DNA of 64,000 nt from Opitutales bacterium (GTDB lineage Bacteria > Verrucomicrobiota > Verrucomicrobiia > Opitutales > PNEW01), in contig CBDANS010000007.1 in NCBI GenBank assembly GCA_965197745.1, forward strand, positions 1,632,001-1,696,000. The letters run 5' to 3'. The translations under genes and the position numbers were made by a program. The notes below the pieces were generated by a model, which saw nothing but the letters and a program-made list of their open reading frames with translations, searched no databases and had not been told where the DNA came from. Positions 43,297 to 54,259 of this stretch are shown piece after piece. Position 1 is the first letter of the stretch. Every line of letters starts with the position of its first letter.

Positions 43297-43821
43297 TTAG
43301 CCTCCTTGATCTTCTTGGTAATTTGCGAGGGAATCTTCGTACGCTTCGCGCCTCGTGTCCCACGGCACATCTGTGAACCCGTCGATGATGTTGAGGGAAA
43401 GTTGGGCTTCCGCCATGTACCCGCGACGTTCATTCTGGTTCGTCAGGATCAACTGAACCAAGCGAACGCGGTCTGGATAGCGAATCCACCCCTCAACCTC
43501 CCGGCGCAGCCAGTCAAGCCAGAGCCTTGGGGTCTCGTCAAGCGGTTCCTTTCGCATGAACGGCAGCGCCAACTGCCGATAGTCATGCCGGAAGCGCCAG
43601 ACTGCAGCCAAAAGGTCGTGAGCATGCTGCAGTGTTCTGTGATCGAAACTATCAATCCTGCCCCATTCTCGGTGATCGGTATCGTCCAGAACAATTCGGG
43701 CAAACTCCGCGTACAGGTTACATCGCGAAACAATGATCCCTTGTGCTTGTGGATACACGTCGTGTTGTTTCCCGGCCACTTCCATGTCCACGTCACCTTC
43801 AAAAAAGGACCCGACAATCAC
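43297..43821 (-). CDS. Hypothetical protein
   Basis: 174-aa ORF with natural composition; no motif recognised. Confidence 0.55.
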   Translation of the reverse strand: MIVGSFFEGDVDMEVAGKQHDVYPQAQGIIVSRCNLYAEFARIVLDDTDHREWGRIDSFDHRTLQHAHDLLAAVWRFRHDYRQLALPFMRKEPLDETPRLWLDWLRREVEGWIRYPDRVRLVQLILTNQNERRGYMAEAQLSLNIIDGFTDVPWDTRREAYEDSLANYQEDQGG

Positions 43822-43983
43822 TTGGTCTCTCCAGCAAATTTCGGCCGGTGGGTGCTATACCGCAAGCACTGCGACCGCCAATTGCGTTCCGCAATCGCCT
43901 CACCGGCGCGGAAGTGTCGGTCGATTACCATCTCTGCACACCCATATTACACAGTTGTTCGCGCGGCAGCTCTCTGTATAGGC

Positions 43984-44703
43984 TTATCGGAGCCCAACCT
44001 CCACCAACGTCCTCAGTCGTTGCTTCTCCTTGTGAATACGCTGTTCCTTTTCGCTTTCTCGACGGCCTTCGTTAAGTGTATGAACATGGCCAGCGCATTG
44101 CGCACCAATTTCCAGCAATGCAATCAGATCGTTTCTTATCTGTTCATTATTGTGAATAACTGCTCCATATTCGTTTGACCATCCCATCCACACACTTCTT
44201 GCAGCCATATGAACCGAATCATTCCACCAATCCTTCTTTCCTCTCATCCAGCTCACGGTTGTTCTCATGATATTTTGCTTGTTCAGATCATTCCACATTC
44301 TATCTAGGCTTGGAGACTTCCTCTTACTTAACAGGGTCTTCCATGCCCTTGCCGCATCTCCAGAACTTCTAAACAAGAAATTTTCCGCATATTCTTCTTT
44401 CGCGACGAATTCGAGCCAAATCCCTCTAGTGTAACTCTCAAACATCGGCCTCTTAGTCAATCCGAATAACAGTCCATCTTGCCGATTCTTCAAACTGGAT
44501 CCTAGTAATTGTGCACCCAGGCTAGCTATTCTTATCGCTGCGTTGTATTGCAATATGGCTCCCATACCTTTCCAACCAATTGTTTCGACATATACTGATG
44601 GACGCTTCTTCGTACGCTCAACCCCGGCCTCCCAAGCCGAAAGATTACGAGAAACTTCACCTACTAATTCTTCCAGTCCCGGCTTAAGAGATTTTTCTTG
44701 CAT
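43984..44703 (-). CDS. Hypothetical protein, DUF5677/DUF6988-like
   Basis: RPMFESYTRGIWL and W.NDSVH motifs resemble the RxxxE / SxxxH pattern. Confidence 0.5.
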   Translation of the reverse strand: MQEKSLKPGLEELVGEVSRNLSAWEAGVERTKKRPSVYVETIGWKGMGAILQYNAAIRIASLGAQLLGSSLKNRQDGLLFGLTKRPMFESYTRGIWLEFVAKEEYAENFLFRSSGDAARAWKTLLSKRKSPSLDRMWNDLNKQNIMRTTVSWMRGKKDWWNDSVHMAARSVWMGWSNEYGAVIHNNEQIRNDLIALLEIGAQCAGHVHTLNEGRRESEKEQRIHKEKQRLRTLVEVGLR

Positions 44704-44726
44704 GCTTGCTCTTCTCCAATCGAGTA

Positions 44727-46087
44727 TGATTAGACCCCATAATTACTACCAAGTTAAGTGAGAGCCATTCCGTGGGTTATCTGTTGTTGGTTTAGCAGAT
44801 GCTGGCGGAGGGAGGCCGGAGGCCGAGTGGAGCCAGCACCTGTTGGATTGAGTTGCTGCCAGAGTTTGGCAAAAGCGTTGGAGAGAGAAAGCCTAAACGA
44901 CTATGAGGGTGATGGGTATTGTATTTTTGCTTCCCCGCATGGATGACAACACGCGCTTCGGTAACGCTTAGAAACCACTCTTGGTTTAAGCATGAGTGCT
45001 TCGCTATGTCGTCACTACGTTCCTCGGTACGTCACGCAGTCGATTGTGAAAGGATTCAACATGGCCGTTCTGCCAAGGACTGCCAGGGTCGATGTAGATA
45101 ATGTCGATCTGGCGCTTGAGGAGTGCTTCTCTGACTTTTTGTGCTACGAACTCCGAACCGTTATCGGAGCGGATGCATTGGGGTCTGCCATACTCTTCAA
45201 TAGCTTCGACTAAGACCTTGCACCACGTCTTCGCTTTTGAGCGAACGAGATACCTTTATGGCCAGGCATTGACGGGTATACTGATCGACACGGTGAGAAT
45301 GCGGAAAGGGCGGCCGTTGACCAGCCGATCGCTCATAAAGTCCATCGACCAGCGTTCCTGGGCAGCTGAAGCCGCGGGCAGTGAGACCCGCCTTTGCGCG
45401 GCACGCTTCTTACGTTTCTTCGTGCGCACTTCCAGCCCTTCGGCCTTGTAGATCCGATAGACGCGTTTCTTTCCTACCGACCAGCCCTCCCGCTTTAATA
45501 ACACCGTGATTCGCCTATACCCGTAGCGCACACGCGCGGCGGCGAGGTCTCGTATGCGCACAATCAGCGCGCGTTCGTCCCTCATCACCGGCTGATAGTT
45601 ATAACTCGACCAATACAACTGCATCAGCCTGTACGCCCGGCGTTTGCTAACTTCATAAGCTTCCACTAACCACTCAGCAATCACCTTCTTGCCCACTGGC
45701 TTTACAACTTTTTTGAGATAACTTCCTGCACCATGTGCTTGTCCAGGCTCAGATCAGCGACCAGCTTCTTCAAACTGGCGTTCTCTTCGTCGAGTTGCTT
45801 CAGCCGTCTTAATTCACTGATTCCCATGCCCGTGTATTTACCCTTCCAACGGTGGTAGGTCTGTTCGCTCACCCCTAACTCCCGGCACCCTTCGGCGATC
45901 CTTCGACCACCTTCTACCTGCCTTAGGGCATAGATGATTTGTTCTTTATTATAGCGTTTGTCAGGCCTTCTCGGCTGCGCCTCGTTTTCCTTTGCTTTTC
46001 ATGGATCGTTCTTTCTCCTATTTTTATTAGCTTTTCTACCCACGCCAGACTAAATCTTTCCTGGTCCAGTTTTACGGGGACAGGTCA
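44727..46087 (-). mobile_element. IS3-family element (type C), decayed and probably mosaic
   Basis: Ends TGACCTGTCCCCGTAAAACTGGACCA / TGATTAGACCCC; RYGYRR, WSMDF, SDNGSEF, PWQNGHVES; mini-insert 44994-45029. Confidence 0.85.
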
Positions 46088-46089
46088 AT

Positions 46090-48663
46090 ATGAGTTCGCA
46101 CCTATTTTTTACCAAAATATTTAGATTAAACTGCTTGAAGTACTTTCTGGTGCTGAGTTTTGTGTTTTCGCTGTTCGCCTACCCGCGTGTCTTGGCTCAG
46201 GATGAGGAGATTGTGGAACTTGAAGAATTGGCAGTGGTCGGTTCGCGCAGTCCGTTCCGCACGGTTGCTGATTCTCCAGTGCCGGTAGATGTGATCGAAG
46301 CCGAGATTTTCATCAACCTGCCCGATACGGATATGGACGATATGCTAAGAGCGATCATTCCCTCTTACAACGTCAACCAGCAACCCATCAGTGATGCCGC
46401 CACACTGATGCGTCCGGCCAATCTTCGAGGGCTGCCCCCGGACGACACCCTGGTCTTAATCAATGGCAAACGGCGTCATCGAGGCAGCGTGATTACTTTT
46501 GGAGGAAGAGGTATTTCGGATGGGGCACAGGGACCTGATCTTTCTGTTATCCCCGCCATTGCTCTTGATCGTGTGGAAGTCTTACACGACGGGGCATCAG
46601 CTCAGTACGGCTCTGACGCCATCGCCGGAGTGATTAATTTCGTGCTCAAGGACAATCCCGATGGAGGGATGCTTAAAGCCCAATGGGGAGAGACCTACGT
46701 GGGCGACGGTGATACTTTCACCATGGCCACGAACATGGGCCTGCCCTTGACCGACACAGGTTTTGCGAACTTCAGTCTCGAATACAAAGAAGCCCAACCG
46801 ACCAGCCGCAGCGTTCAGCGTGCCGACGCCCAGGTGCTGATCGACGCGGGCAACACTGCGGTGCGCACCCCTGCAGCCCAGATCTGGGGAGCTCCGGAGA
46901 TTAAATACGACTTTAAATTCTTTGCCAATATGGGCCTCGACCTGGGCAACAGCGAAGTCTACTCCTTTGCCAACTGGGCAAAACGGGAGATCGAAGGAGG
47001 CTTCTTTTTCCGTAATCCCAACACCCGCGACGGGGTGTTCAGAGGGCCGGTGGTAGAGGGCTCCCCCACCATCTTAGTGGCTGATTTTACAGGTAACAAC
47101 TCTCCTCCCATGGTCAAAGTTATCGACAACGTGCCCGATGCGGCCGCTCTAGACGCAGTCGCTGCCAACCCCAACTACTTTGCCTTTAACGAGCGCTTTC
47201 CCGGTGGGTTTACCCCTCAGTTTGGCGGCACCATCACCGACGTGAGTCTCGCTTTCGGACTCCGCGGGGAGTCGGACAGCAACTGGTTCTATGACTTGAG
47301 CGCTGTTTTCGGCCGAAACAATGTGGAATTTTACATGGAAAACACGATCAATCCACAACTGGCCACCCAAAAAAACAACATCCCCACCCAATACAAACCC
47401 GGCGCCTACACCGAGACCGATCGCGTTGTCAATTTAGACCTCTCCAGGCAATTCGACAATGATATTTTCCATTCCCCTCTCAATGTCGCTTTTGGATTGG
47501 AGTATCGCGGCGAAAATTTCAAGATCGAAAACGGGGATCTTAATTCTTTCTTTATCGACCCCATCCTCGCCGCCCAGGGTTTCGGGATTGGCTCCAACGG
47601 CTTTCCGGGGTTCAAGCCGGAGGATGCGGGGGAGGCTGACAGGGTCAGTTACGCCGCCTACCTCGACTTCGAAGCCGACGTGGTCAAGAATCTTTTAGTC
47701 GGTGCAGCGGTTCGCTATGAGGACTATGAAGACTTCGGCAACGCCTTAAACGGCAAGATAACCGCTCGCAGACAGCTGACCGATAACTTTGCCCTGCGCG
47801 GCTCGTTGAGCACCGGGTTCCGCGCCCCGACGGTAGGTCAATCGAGCGTTCGCAATGTGAACACTTCCTTCACCAATGGAAGGTTGGCAGATCAGGCGAC
47901 CCTGCCGCCCACCAATCCCATTTCGGTGCAAAAGGGTGGCAGGTTGCTGGAGCCGGAAACCTCCACTAATGTTGCCCTCGGCACAGTGTTCAACCTTGGG
48001 GAACTCGACTTGAGCGTCGACTATTACAACATCACGTTGGAAGACCGGATCGCGCTCACCAGTGTCCAGATTTTAACCCAGGAAGATATTGACGCGCTGC
48101 TGGCTCAGGGAGTCGCCGATGCCTCCAGTTTCACCGGAATAAGATTCTTTACCAACGATTTTGATACCACCACCCAGGGAATTGACATCGTGGCCTCTTA
48201 CTCCACAGATCGATTTGGCGGCGACAATACGCTCTTCAGCTTCGCGGCGAACTGGACGGAGACCAAGGTTGACAGGTTCAATCCGGAGATCATCGATCCG
48301 CTGGTGCGGGTAGGACAACTGGAAAAATCCCTGCCGGAAGTCCGCTTCTCCATGACCGCTAACCACTACCAAGGGCCTTGGCGCTTCCTCGGACGCGTCC
48401 AATACTATGACGACTTCCTGGAGTTCCATGGGAATCAGGCTTCCCTGCCCATCAACGCCACTGCCAAGTGGCTTTTTGACGCGGAGGTGGCATACACTTT
48501 CAACGAGAGGGTAACCTTTGTGGCGGGCGCGCAGAACCTTTTTGACAATTATCCGACCGAGAATCCCCATGCGGAGATTCTGGGGGCGAAATATCCTAGG
48601 GTTTCGCCCTATGGATTTAACGGCGGATTCTATTACTTCAAGGCCATTTGGAAATTCCGTTAA
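46090..48663 (+). CDS. TonB-dependent receptor
   Basis: Signal peptide, VVGSR, SPVPVDVI, TLVLINGKRRH, GASAQYGSDAIAGVINF, aromatic C-terminus. Confidence 0.93.
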   Translation: MSSHLFFTKIFRLNCLKYFLVLSFVFSLFAYPRVLAQDEEIVELEELAVVGSRSPFRTVADSPVPVDVIEAEIFINLPDTDMDDMLRAIIPSYNVNQQPISDAATLMRPANLRGLPPDDTLVLINGKRRHRGSVITFGGRGISDGAQGPDLSVIPAIALDRVEVLHDGASAQYGSDAIAGVINFVLKDNPDGGMLKAQWGETYVGDGDTFTMATNMGLPLTDTGFANFSLEYKEAQPTSRSVQRADAQVLIDAGNTAVRTPAAQIWGAPEIKYDFKFFANMGLDLGNSEVYSFANWAKREIEGGFFFRNPNTRDGVFRGPVVEGSPTILVADFTGNNSPPMVKVIDNVPDAAALDAVAANPNYFAFNERFPGGFTPQFGGTITDVSLAFGLRGESDSNWFYDLSAVFGRNNVEFYMENTINPQLATQKNNIPTQYKPGAYTETDRVVNLDLSRQFDNDIFHSPLNVAFGLEYRGENFKIENGDLNSFFIDPILAAQGFGIGSNGFPGFKPEDAGEADRVSYAAYLDFEADVVKNLLVGAAVRYEDYEDFGNALNGKITARRQLTDNFALRGSLSTGFRAPTVGQSSVRNVNTSFTNGRLADQATLPPTNPISVQKGGRLLEPETSTNVALGTVFNLGELDLSVDYYNITLEDRIALTSVQILTQEDIDALLAQGVADASSFTGIRFFTNDFDTTTQGIDIVASYSTDRFGGDNTLFSFAANWTETKVDRFNPEIIDPLVRVGQLEKSLPEVRFSMTANHYQGPWRFLGRVQYYDDFLEFHGNQASLPINATAKWLFDAEVAYTFNERVTFVAGAQNLFDNYPTENPHAEILGAKYPRVSPYGFNGGFYYFKAIWKFR

Positions 48664-48761
48664 CTTTTCCCCCTATTGTTCCCACTCTCCATCGATATCT
48701 CAACGCCCTAAAAAGGCGCCAGAGGAACGCACGGTTCAAAGATGGTACCTTTTGCAGGGTG

Positions 48762-50255
48762 TGATATGCTCCCATTTACTAGACCAAGCTCAGTGTTAGG
48801 ATTTGCTGGTTGGAGGGGGGCGGTTATCAGTTTGCATATGGCTTGCTGGGCGTATTCGGCCGGAGGTCGCCGGAGGCCGATAGCCCAGCGAGCTGCGTAG
48901 TCTTTGAGTATTATAATCGAGGCGGTATGGTGTAAGCTTTTCCCGTGCCTCAGTCAGGGAAAAGAAGATCTCTGGGTTAAGGAGTTCGTCGCGTAGCTTG
49001 CCATTGAAGAACTCAATGTAAGCGTTCTCTGGTCGGTCTACCTGAGAACTCGGGCCCGCTATCGACGGTGATGGCCTTGGGTAAACCACCGGTGTTTACC
49101 GATGCTCTCTCCAGCACCTCGATGACTTTGCCGGCGTCGATGGACTGATCGGCGTAGAGCACCGGGCAGAGCGGTCATAGCGATCCACTACTGTAAGCAC
49201 CCGGAAACACCGCCCATCCGCCAACTTACCCTCCATGAAGTCCATGCTCCTGTGTTGGCGTGAGGCTCGGGCTTGAGCCAACTGCACCTGTGGCAGGGAA
49301 GCCCACTTCTTACGTTTTTGGATGCGCACTTCCAGCCCCCTCGGCCTTGTAGGTGACGTAGACACGCTTTGTGGCCCACCCGGCCAGCATCTCGCTTTAG
49401 CAAACACTGTCGGACGCCGATAACCGTAACGCATGCGCAATGCTGCCAGATCGCCGATACGCACGGACAGAGCTCGATCGTCCGGTTTTGGCTTGGGCCA
49501 ACACATAAAGCTTGACCCGTTAAGTTGCAGCAGCCTGAACCCGCAACGGTAGCTGATCTCGAAGACCTCAGCGGCCTTACCCACCAGCTGCACCTTGCGT
49601 ACAGGCTTCAGAGCTATATTGAGACGATCTCCTGCAGGATATGTTTGTCCAGGTTCAGGTCGACCACCAGCTTACGTAAGCTGTTGTTCTCGTCTTCCGG
49701 CTTCTTCAACCGGGGTAGCTCGCTTACGCCTATGCCGCATACTGCTTCTTCCAGCGGTAGTAGGTCTGCTCCGAGACTCCTGGCTCGCGACACACATCGG
49801 CGATCCTGCGACCGCTGTCTGCTTGCCGCAAAGCGTAGATGATTTGTTCTTCTTTATAGTCTTTATAGCGTTTACCTTTGCTTTTCATAATGGACCGGGT
49901 TCCATTCTATGAACCCCGATCCAACCCAATGGGATCAACCTGCATACCCGGCGTTTGCTTACCTCATAAGCTTCCATTATCCACTTAGCTATCGACTTTT
50001 TGCGCAAAGGATTAATTTGCTGATTCCTAAACCTGTATATTTACACTTCCAACGGGGGTAAAGGCCTTGTTCGCACAACTCGGACCTTCGGTATCCCTTC
50101 GTCCGCCTTCTGCCTGCTTTATGAAATAGATCATTTGCTCTTTATGATAACGCATGCCTTTTCTACTGATGGGTGGTTTTTATCCTGTCTTTTATCAGGT
50201 TTTCCTCCCATGAAAGACTAAATCTTTGCTCGTCCAGTTTAATGGGGTCAGGTCA
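48762..50255 (-). mobile_element. Heavily decayed IS3-family DNA (two orfA remnants, frameshifted orfB)
   Basis: RYGYRR, SMDF, ENAYIEFFNGKLRDELLN; end ...ggggtcaggtca. Confidence 0.8.
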
Positions 50256-50290
50256 CAGTCCCTCTATTTTATTAAGCTTACTTAACTGAT

Positions 50291-50700
50291 TCATCCCCGA
50301 GGGACTATTCGCCAGAAACGATCTGCTTCCTCAGTAGTTACCAGGTCGAGATAGTAATTACGGATCACGGATTCAGAGTTGCTTGCCTGAGGTGCAGCGT
50401 CTCCTACCGAGCGGAAGGACCCCACCGTCATCGAAATATAGGTATGCCGTAGGGCATTAGGTGGAGTTTGCGCTATTTACGGACATTAGCCTACATGTCG
50501 CGGAATCTCCTTGTTGGTATGGTGAGGTAGCTGCCAGGAGGATACTTCTCCAACCAGAGGCTACGGGTGGGCTGGATTTTAACGGATCGCTTATCCTTTA
50601 CTTTGGAGACATCCGGTTCGATAAGGATAACCCCGCTATCCCTATGGATGTGTTTAGGTTTGAGTTTGCTCATTTTACCGTGTTTCCAGTCAAGTCTGTA
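50291..50700 (-). pseudogene. Tyrosine integrase C-terminal remnant
   Basis: Translates ...IEPDVSKVKDKRSVKIQP... and NALRHTYISMTVGSFRSVGDAAPQASNSESVIRNYYLDL..FWRIVP*. Confidence 0.8.
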
Positions 50701-50835
50701 AACAAAGTTTTTCTTAATCTACTTCATAGGGAAATCTGGAGGTGCCATTACAGGTTCTGGTGCGATTAAACTTGTCTCCACCGGGCGCATAAATTTATTG
50801 TTTTGCCTCACAAGGGTCTGTTAATCGAGATTATT

Positions 50836-51032
50836 AAATTCACTCAAAAATTATTGACCGATTCCTGGCTGAACCTTACCAAAAAAGTATTCCTGCCCAT
50901 TCCTGCCAAACATTTTGAGGCAAGGTCAGGAAATTAGAGGAAAATATAAATTATTATTGTGCCGTTATTTAAGTATAACTAATTGTTAATAAGCAGTTTA
51001 TAAGGCATTATTGAGTCCCGTTCATAGTCGGT
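50836..51032. repeat. ~200-bp att-like repeat, copy 1
   Basis: ATTCCTGCC tandem, AT-rich core, ends ttattgagtcccgttcatagtcggt; near copies at 57400 and 60836. Confidence 0.9.
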
Positions 51033-51366
51033 TTCATCGAGTCGTTTCACAACCGCTTACGCGATGTACCGAGGAACGTAGTGACGACATAGCGAAGCGC
51101 TCATGTTTGAACCCTGAAGTGTTGCTCAGCGTGGCTGAAGCGCAAGTTCTAATCGAACAATGGCGTCAGACCTATAACAATGAACATCCCCACCGTCGAT
51201 CAGGCTTTCAAAGCCCACAAGAGTTTGTCACATTCCTTTCAGATCTTGGCCGCGTTCGGGCTACGCCCTCACTTCGCCAAGATCTCTCATATACATCAAT
51301 CCTAAAACCATTAACACCCGGTAGCTCTCTCACTTAATAATTGGTACGAAAAACGGGGTCCAATCA
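51033..51366 (+). mobile_element. IS3 type B 3' half starting at FIESF, with mini-insert 51067-51102
   Basis: Near-identical to reverse complement of 41280-41615; ends ggggtccaatca. Confidence 0.9.
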
Positions 51367-51559
51367 GTTTTTTAGAATATAAATTTAAAAAAGCGGTAAG
51401 GATCAGCTGAAGCTCAGCCACTGCTGAGCTATTGCGATTAAGCACCGTGTTTCACCTAACTTATATCCTATGTATACTCTGCGCTCTCTGCGTCTCCGCG
51501 GGAAAACATTTGCTGAACTGAATGTTGTATATTTAGATGTAACCCTATTAATCTAAGGC

Positions 51560-53158
51560 ATGATGGATCAACCGTTTCGACTGATATGGGAGGCTGAATG
51601 GAACGACATCGCGTGCGTGGATTACCCGCTAACGCCGGAGCAATGGCTGGGCGAATGCATACGCCCGCTAGAGGGGACGCAGGTAGACTGCCTGCTCTAC
51701 AACCTGTGCTCGTCGGACGCATACTGCTGTGACCTGGAGAGCGGCGAGATCCTGGGCGATGAGTTCGAGCAATTCCCGGATGCATGGGTTTGGCGCTATC
51801 GAGAGAATACCAAGAAGCTGATCGAGGCGAACGCGAACCCGCCAAAGCTTGCGTGTGAGTACGGGCGCCGCATGGGATTGAAGCTGATACCGGTCGTTCG
51901 CATGAATGATCCACACGACCAGGCTTACAAGTACGAGGTCAGCCGGTTCAAAATGGCCAACCTGCATCTGCTCTTGGGTTACACCGGACCGGATTGGCAG
52001 CCGCCTTGGGGGACTTGGTGGCGAGCGCACCCCAATCCCGAGAGTATGGACGCCACCAATTGGGGACTGTTTGATTTTGCGCACAAAGAGGTCCGCGACC
52101 ACAAAATGGCCATCATCGAGGAGTTCATCACCCGATGGGACAACGACGGCATCGCGCTTGATTTCGAACGCGATCCTCGCTACTTCAAAGAGTTCGGCAA
52201 GGCGGAAAACGCCGTGCTTATCACGGACATAGTGCGGCAAACGCGCGAGCTTCTGGACCGCGTGAGCTGCGAACGTAGTCGACCCATGTACCTGCATGTG
52301 CGTGTCGTGGCGGATATCGACACGTGCTGGCAACGAGGACTGGACGTGCACACGTGGGTGAAAGAGGGATTGGTCGACGTCGTTGTGCCTGGCGCCGGAT
52401 ACATGTTATTCGATATGGACCTTGGTCCGTGGTTGGAACTGGTCGAAGGGCATGACTGCTGGATATTCCCCTGCGTGAACCACTGGAGAAAGACGGAAGT
52501 GACCCGCGCCTGGGCCAAGTTGATGTATCAACGGGGAGCGCATGGGCTGCAACTGTTCAACTTCGGGCACTTGCTCTACGGACACGGTATAGATACGCCA
52601 CCGCAATCCGAACGGACAGGGACGGTCTGGTACGACGATCTGCACCCGGAGTATTACCGTGTGCTGCACGAGATCCACGATCCGGGCGTGATTGCCTTTC
52701 TCAACTGCGATTACGATCTCGATTCACATCCGCGCGCACCAAACCAGGGAGCTCATTCGGGACAGAACCACAGGACCTACCGGGGTATCGACGCGATCGT
52801 GCTCCCTGTGGAGCTGTCGGTTGGGTCACACGTCATCCCGTTCGGGATTGCCGATGATCTGGAAGCGGCGCGGCAACGGGCGCTGTCGCCGAGAGTCACC
52901 TTGCACTTGCAGGTACACAACTTCACGCGGCCCGATGAGTATAAGGTCTCAGTTAACGGAAGCTTATTGCCGGGAGATGCTCGGAGCACTCGGGCGCAGT
53001 TTATCATGGACAATTTTACCCGAATGACTTATCTCCTGCCGCCCGATGTCTTGAGGCTCGGTCAGAATGAATTGAAGATCGAAGTGGAACGCCTCAACCC
53101 GGCAATTTGCGTGACTCCGCGGCTGGATCACGTCGAGATTCTCGTGCAATATGCCTGA
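51560..53158 (+). CDS. Glycoside-hydrolase-like TIM-barrel protein (GHL10/DUF187-like)
   Basis: VRMNDPH, FDFAHKEVRD, DGIALDFER, TWVKEGLVD; higher GC than the core genes. Confidence 0.7.
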   Translation: MMDQPFRLIWEAEWNDIACVDYPLTPEQWLGECIRPLEGTQVDCLLYNLCSSDAYCCDLESGEILGDEFEQFPDAWVWRYRENTKKLIEANANPPKLACEYGRRMGLKLIPVVRMNDPHDQAYKYEVSRFKMANLHLLLGYTGPDWQPPWGTWWRAHPNPESMDATNWGLFDFAHKEVRDHKMAIIEEFITRWDNDGIALDFERDPRYFKEFGKAENAVLITDIVRQTRELLDRVSCERSRPMYLHVRVVADIDTCWQRGLDVHTWVKEGLVDVVVPGAGYMLFDMDLGPWLELVEGHDCWIFPCVNHWRKTEVTRAWAKLMYQRGAHGLQLFNFGHLLYGHGIDTPPQSERTGTVWYDDLHPEYYRVLHEIHDPGVIAFLNCDYDLDSHPRAPNQGAHSGQNHRTYRGIDAIVLPVELSVGSHVIPFGIADDLEAARQRALSPRVTLHLQVHNFTRPDEYKVSVNGSLLPGDARSTRAQFIMDNFTRMTYLLPPDVLRLGQNELKIEVERLNPAICVTPRLDHVEILVQYA

Positions 53159-53263
53159 GCGCACCCGTTTAGTGTGCTACATGCACAATTCAGAACAGAT
53201 CAGAATATTACTTCCGCGCTCTGGGTGTCAATCAGGCCGTCTCAATTGCGGATTGATTCCATT

Positions 53264-53418
53264 TGTCATCGCGAAGGAAGCGTAGCTGACTGTGGCTACC
53301 GAGCGTGAAACGCGACATCTTCTATTCCAGGGGGCTGTCAATACGTGACCGACATCCTCCTGGAGTGGAAGATGTCGCTGAGCTCGGTAGCTTCGTCGCA
53401 TTGCTCCTCGCAATGACA
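53264..53418. repeat. Palindromic REP/RPE-like element (TGTCAT.GCGA...TCGCAATGACA), both arms carrying mini-inserts
   Basis: Terminal inverted arms; inserts 53297-53316 (+) and 53374-53389 (-). Confidence 0.85.
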
Positions 53419-53466
53419 AGAGGATAATTACGAAGATAAGGATTATATTCGATAACCGTTAGACAC

Positions 53467-53550
53467 AATCCGTAATCCGTACCGAGAGCTAAGCGCGACA
53501 TCCCTCATTCCGCATTCCGTACCGAGGGCGAAGACCGACATCCATAATCG
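53467..53550 (+). repeat. 7-bp (ATCCGNA/TTCCGCA) tandem tract with two 20-nt mini-inserts
   Basis: Inserts taccgagagctaagcgcgac 53480-53499 and taccgagggcgaagaccgac 53520-53539. Confidence 0.8.
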
Positions 53551-53552
53551 TC

Positions 53553-54259
53553 TCACTCGATCGTTACCTCATCGACAGCAATGGTGATCTCATCACCCTC
53601 TTCATTAACGAAGGTTGCATTGATATTTTGAGTCGGTTGAGGAGTGTTGTCAGATTTAAAATTGTTCTGCGTAATCAAGGTATCAAATTCTCGCGTCGTC
53701 GATCCGCTCTCCGCGACTACGATCGAAGCTCCATTTGTCTGTGCCAGGTCTCCTCCAGTGATCCGCAACCCGGGGTTGCTGGCCGGCACCGTGAAGGAAC
53801 CTTCTCCAAACAGCAAATGTGGTACTGCATCGTCACTGGCATCGATGTCACCTACGGTTAAGCGTACTGCTATCGGTACTCCGCGTGCATCGACGCCTAC
53901 TTTGCCGGTGTCTCCACTGAAGACAGTATTCGACAACTGAATCCCTCCCATCCCCGTGGAGTTGATCACTTCCACCAAGGTGACGTCGGCTTGCGCGTCA
54001 TAAACCTGTCCCTCGGGGAAGAGCGCCTGGTTCACCGCGTTGATCGATCCCACCGTAAAGATACTGAAGAAGGTACTGGAGTCAGCTCCATCGATGACTA
54101 CGCTCGGCTTACCGGTCACGTACTCGACGGCCTGGTTGTAGCGTAGGGGTGGAGCCGGAGGCAGGAAGGTGGCCGGGTCCAAGATTACAGTAAAGGTCCC
54201 TGCGCCCGAGAACTCTACCTGCACAATGTCCTCATTTTCGTCCATGAAGGAGACCCGTG
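53553..54259 (-). pseudogene. C-terminal domain of a large secreted protein, 5'-truncated by IS
   Basis: TRVSFMDENEDIVQVEFSGAG... closely paralogous to 63345-64000; cut by the IS end at 54260. Confidence 0.85.

Noticed and set aside
43306..44178. 290-aa plus-strand ORF
   Set aside because: Antisense to two more plausible minus-strand genes; no motifs.
50404..50420. TACCGAGCGGAAGGAC as another mini-insert
   Set aside because: It is ordinary coding sequence of the integrase remnant on the other strand (GSFRSVGD) and lacks the CGAC end.
50836..51032. Group II intron end inserted in IS3
   Set aside because: No domain V/VI sequence or GTGCG start on either strand, and no RT in the window.
51477..51503. 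ctctgcgctctctgcgtctccgcg short repeat
   Set aside because: Common intergenic repeat type; single occurrence with no associated gene or insert.
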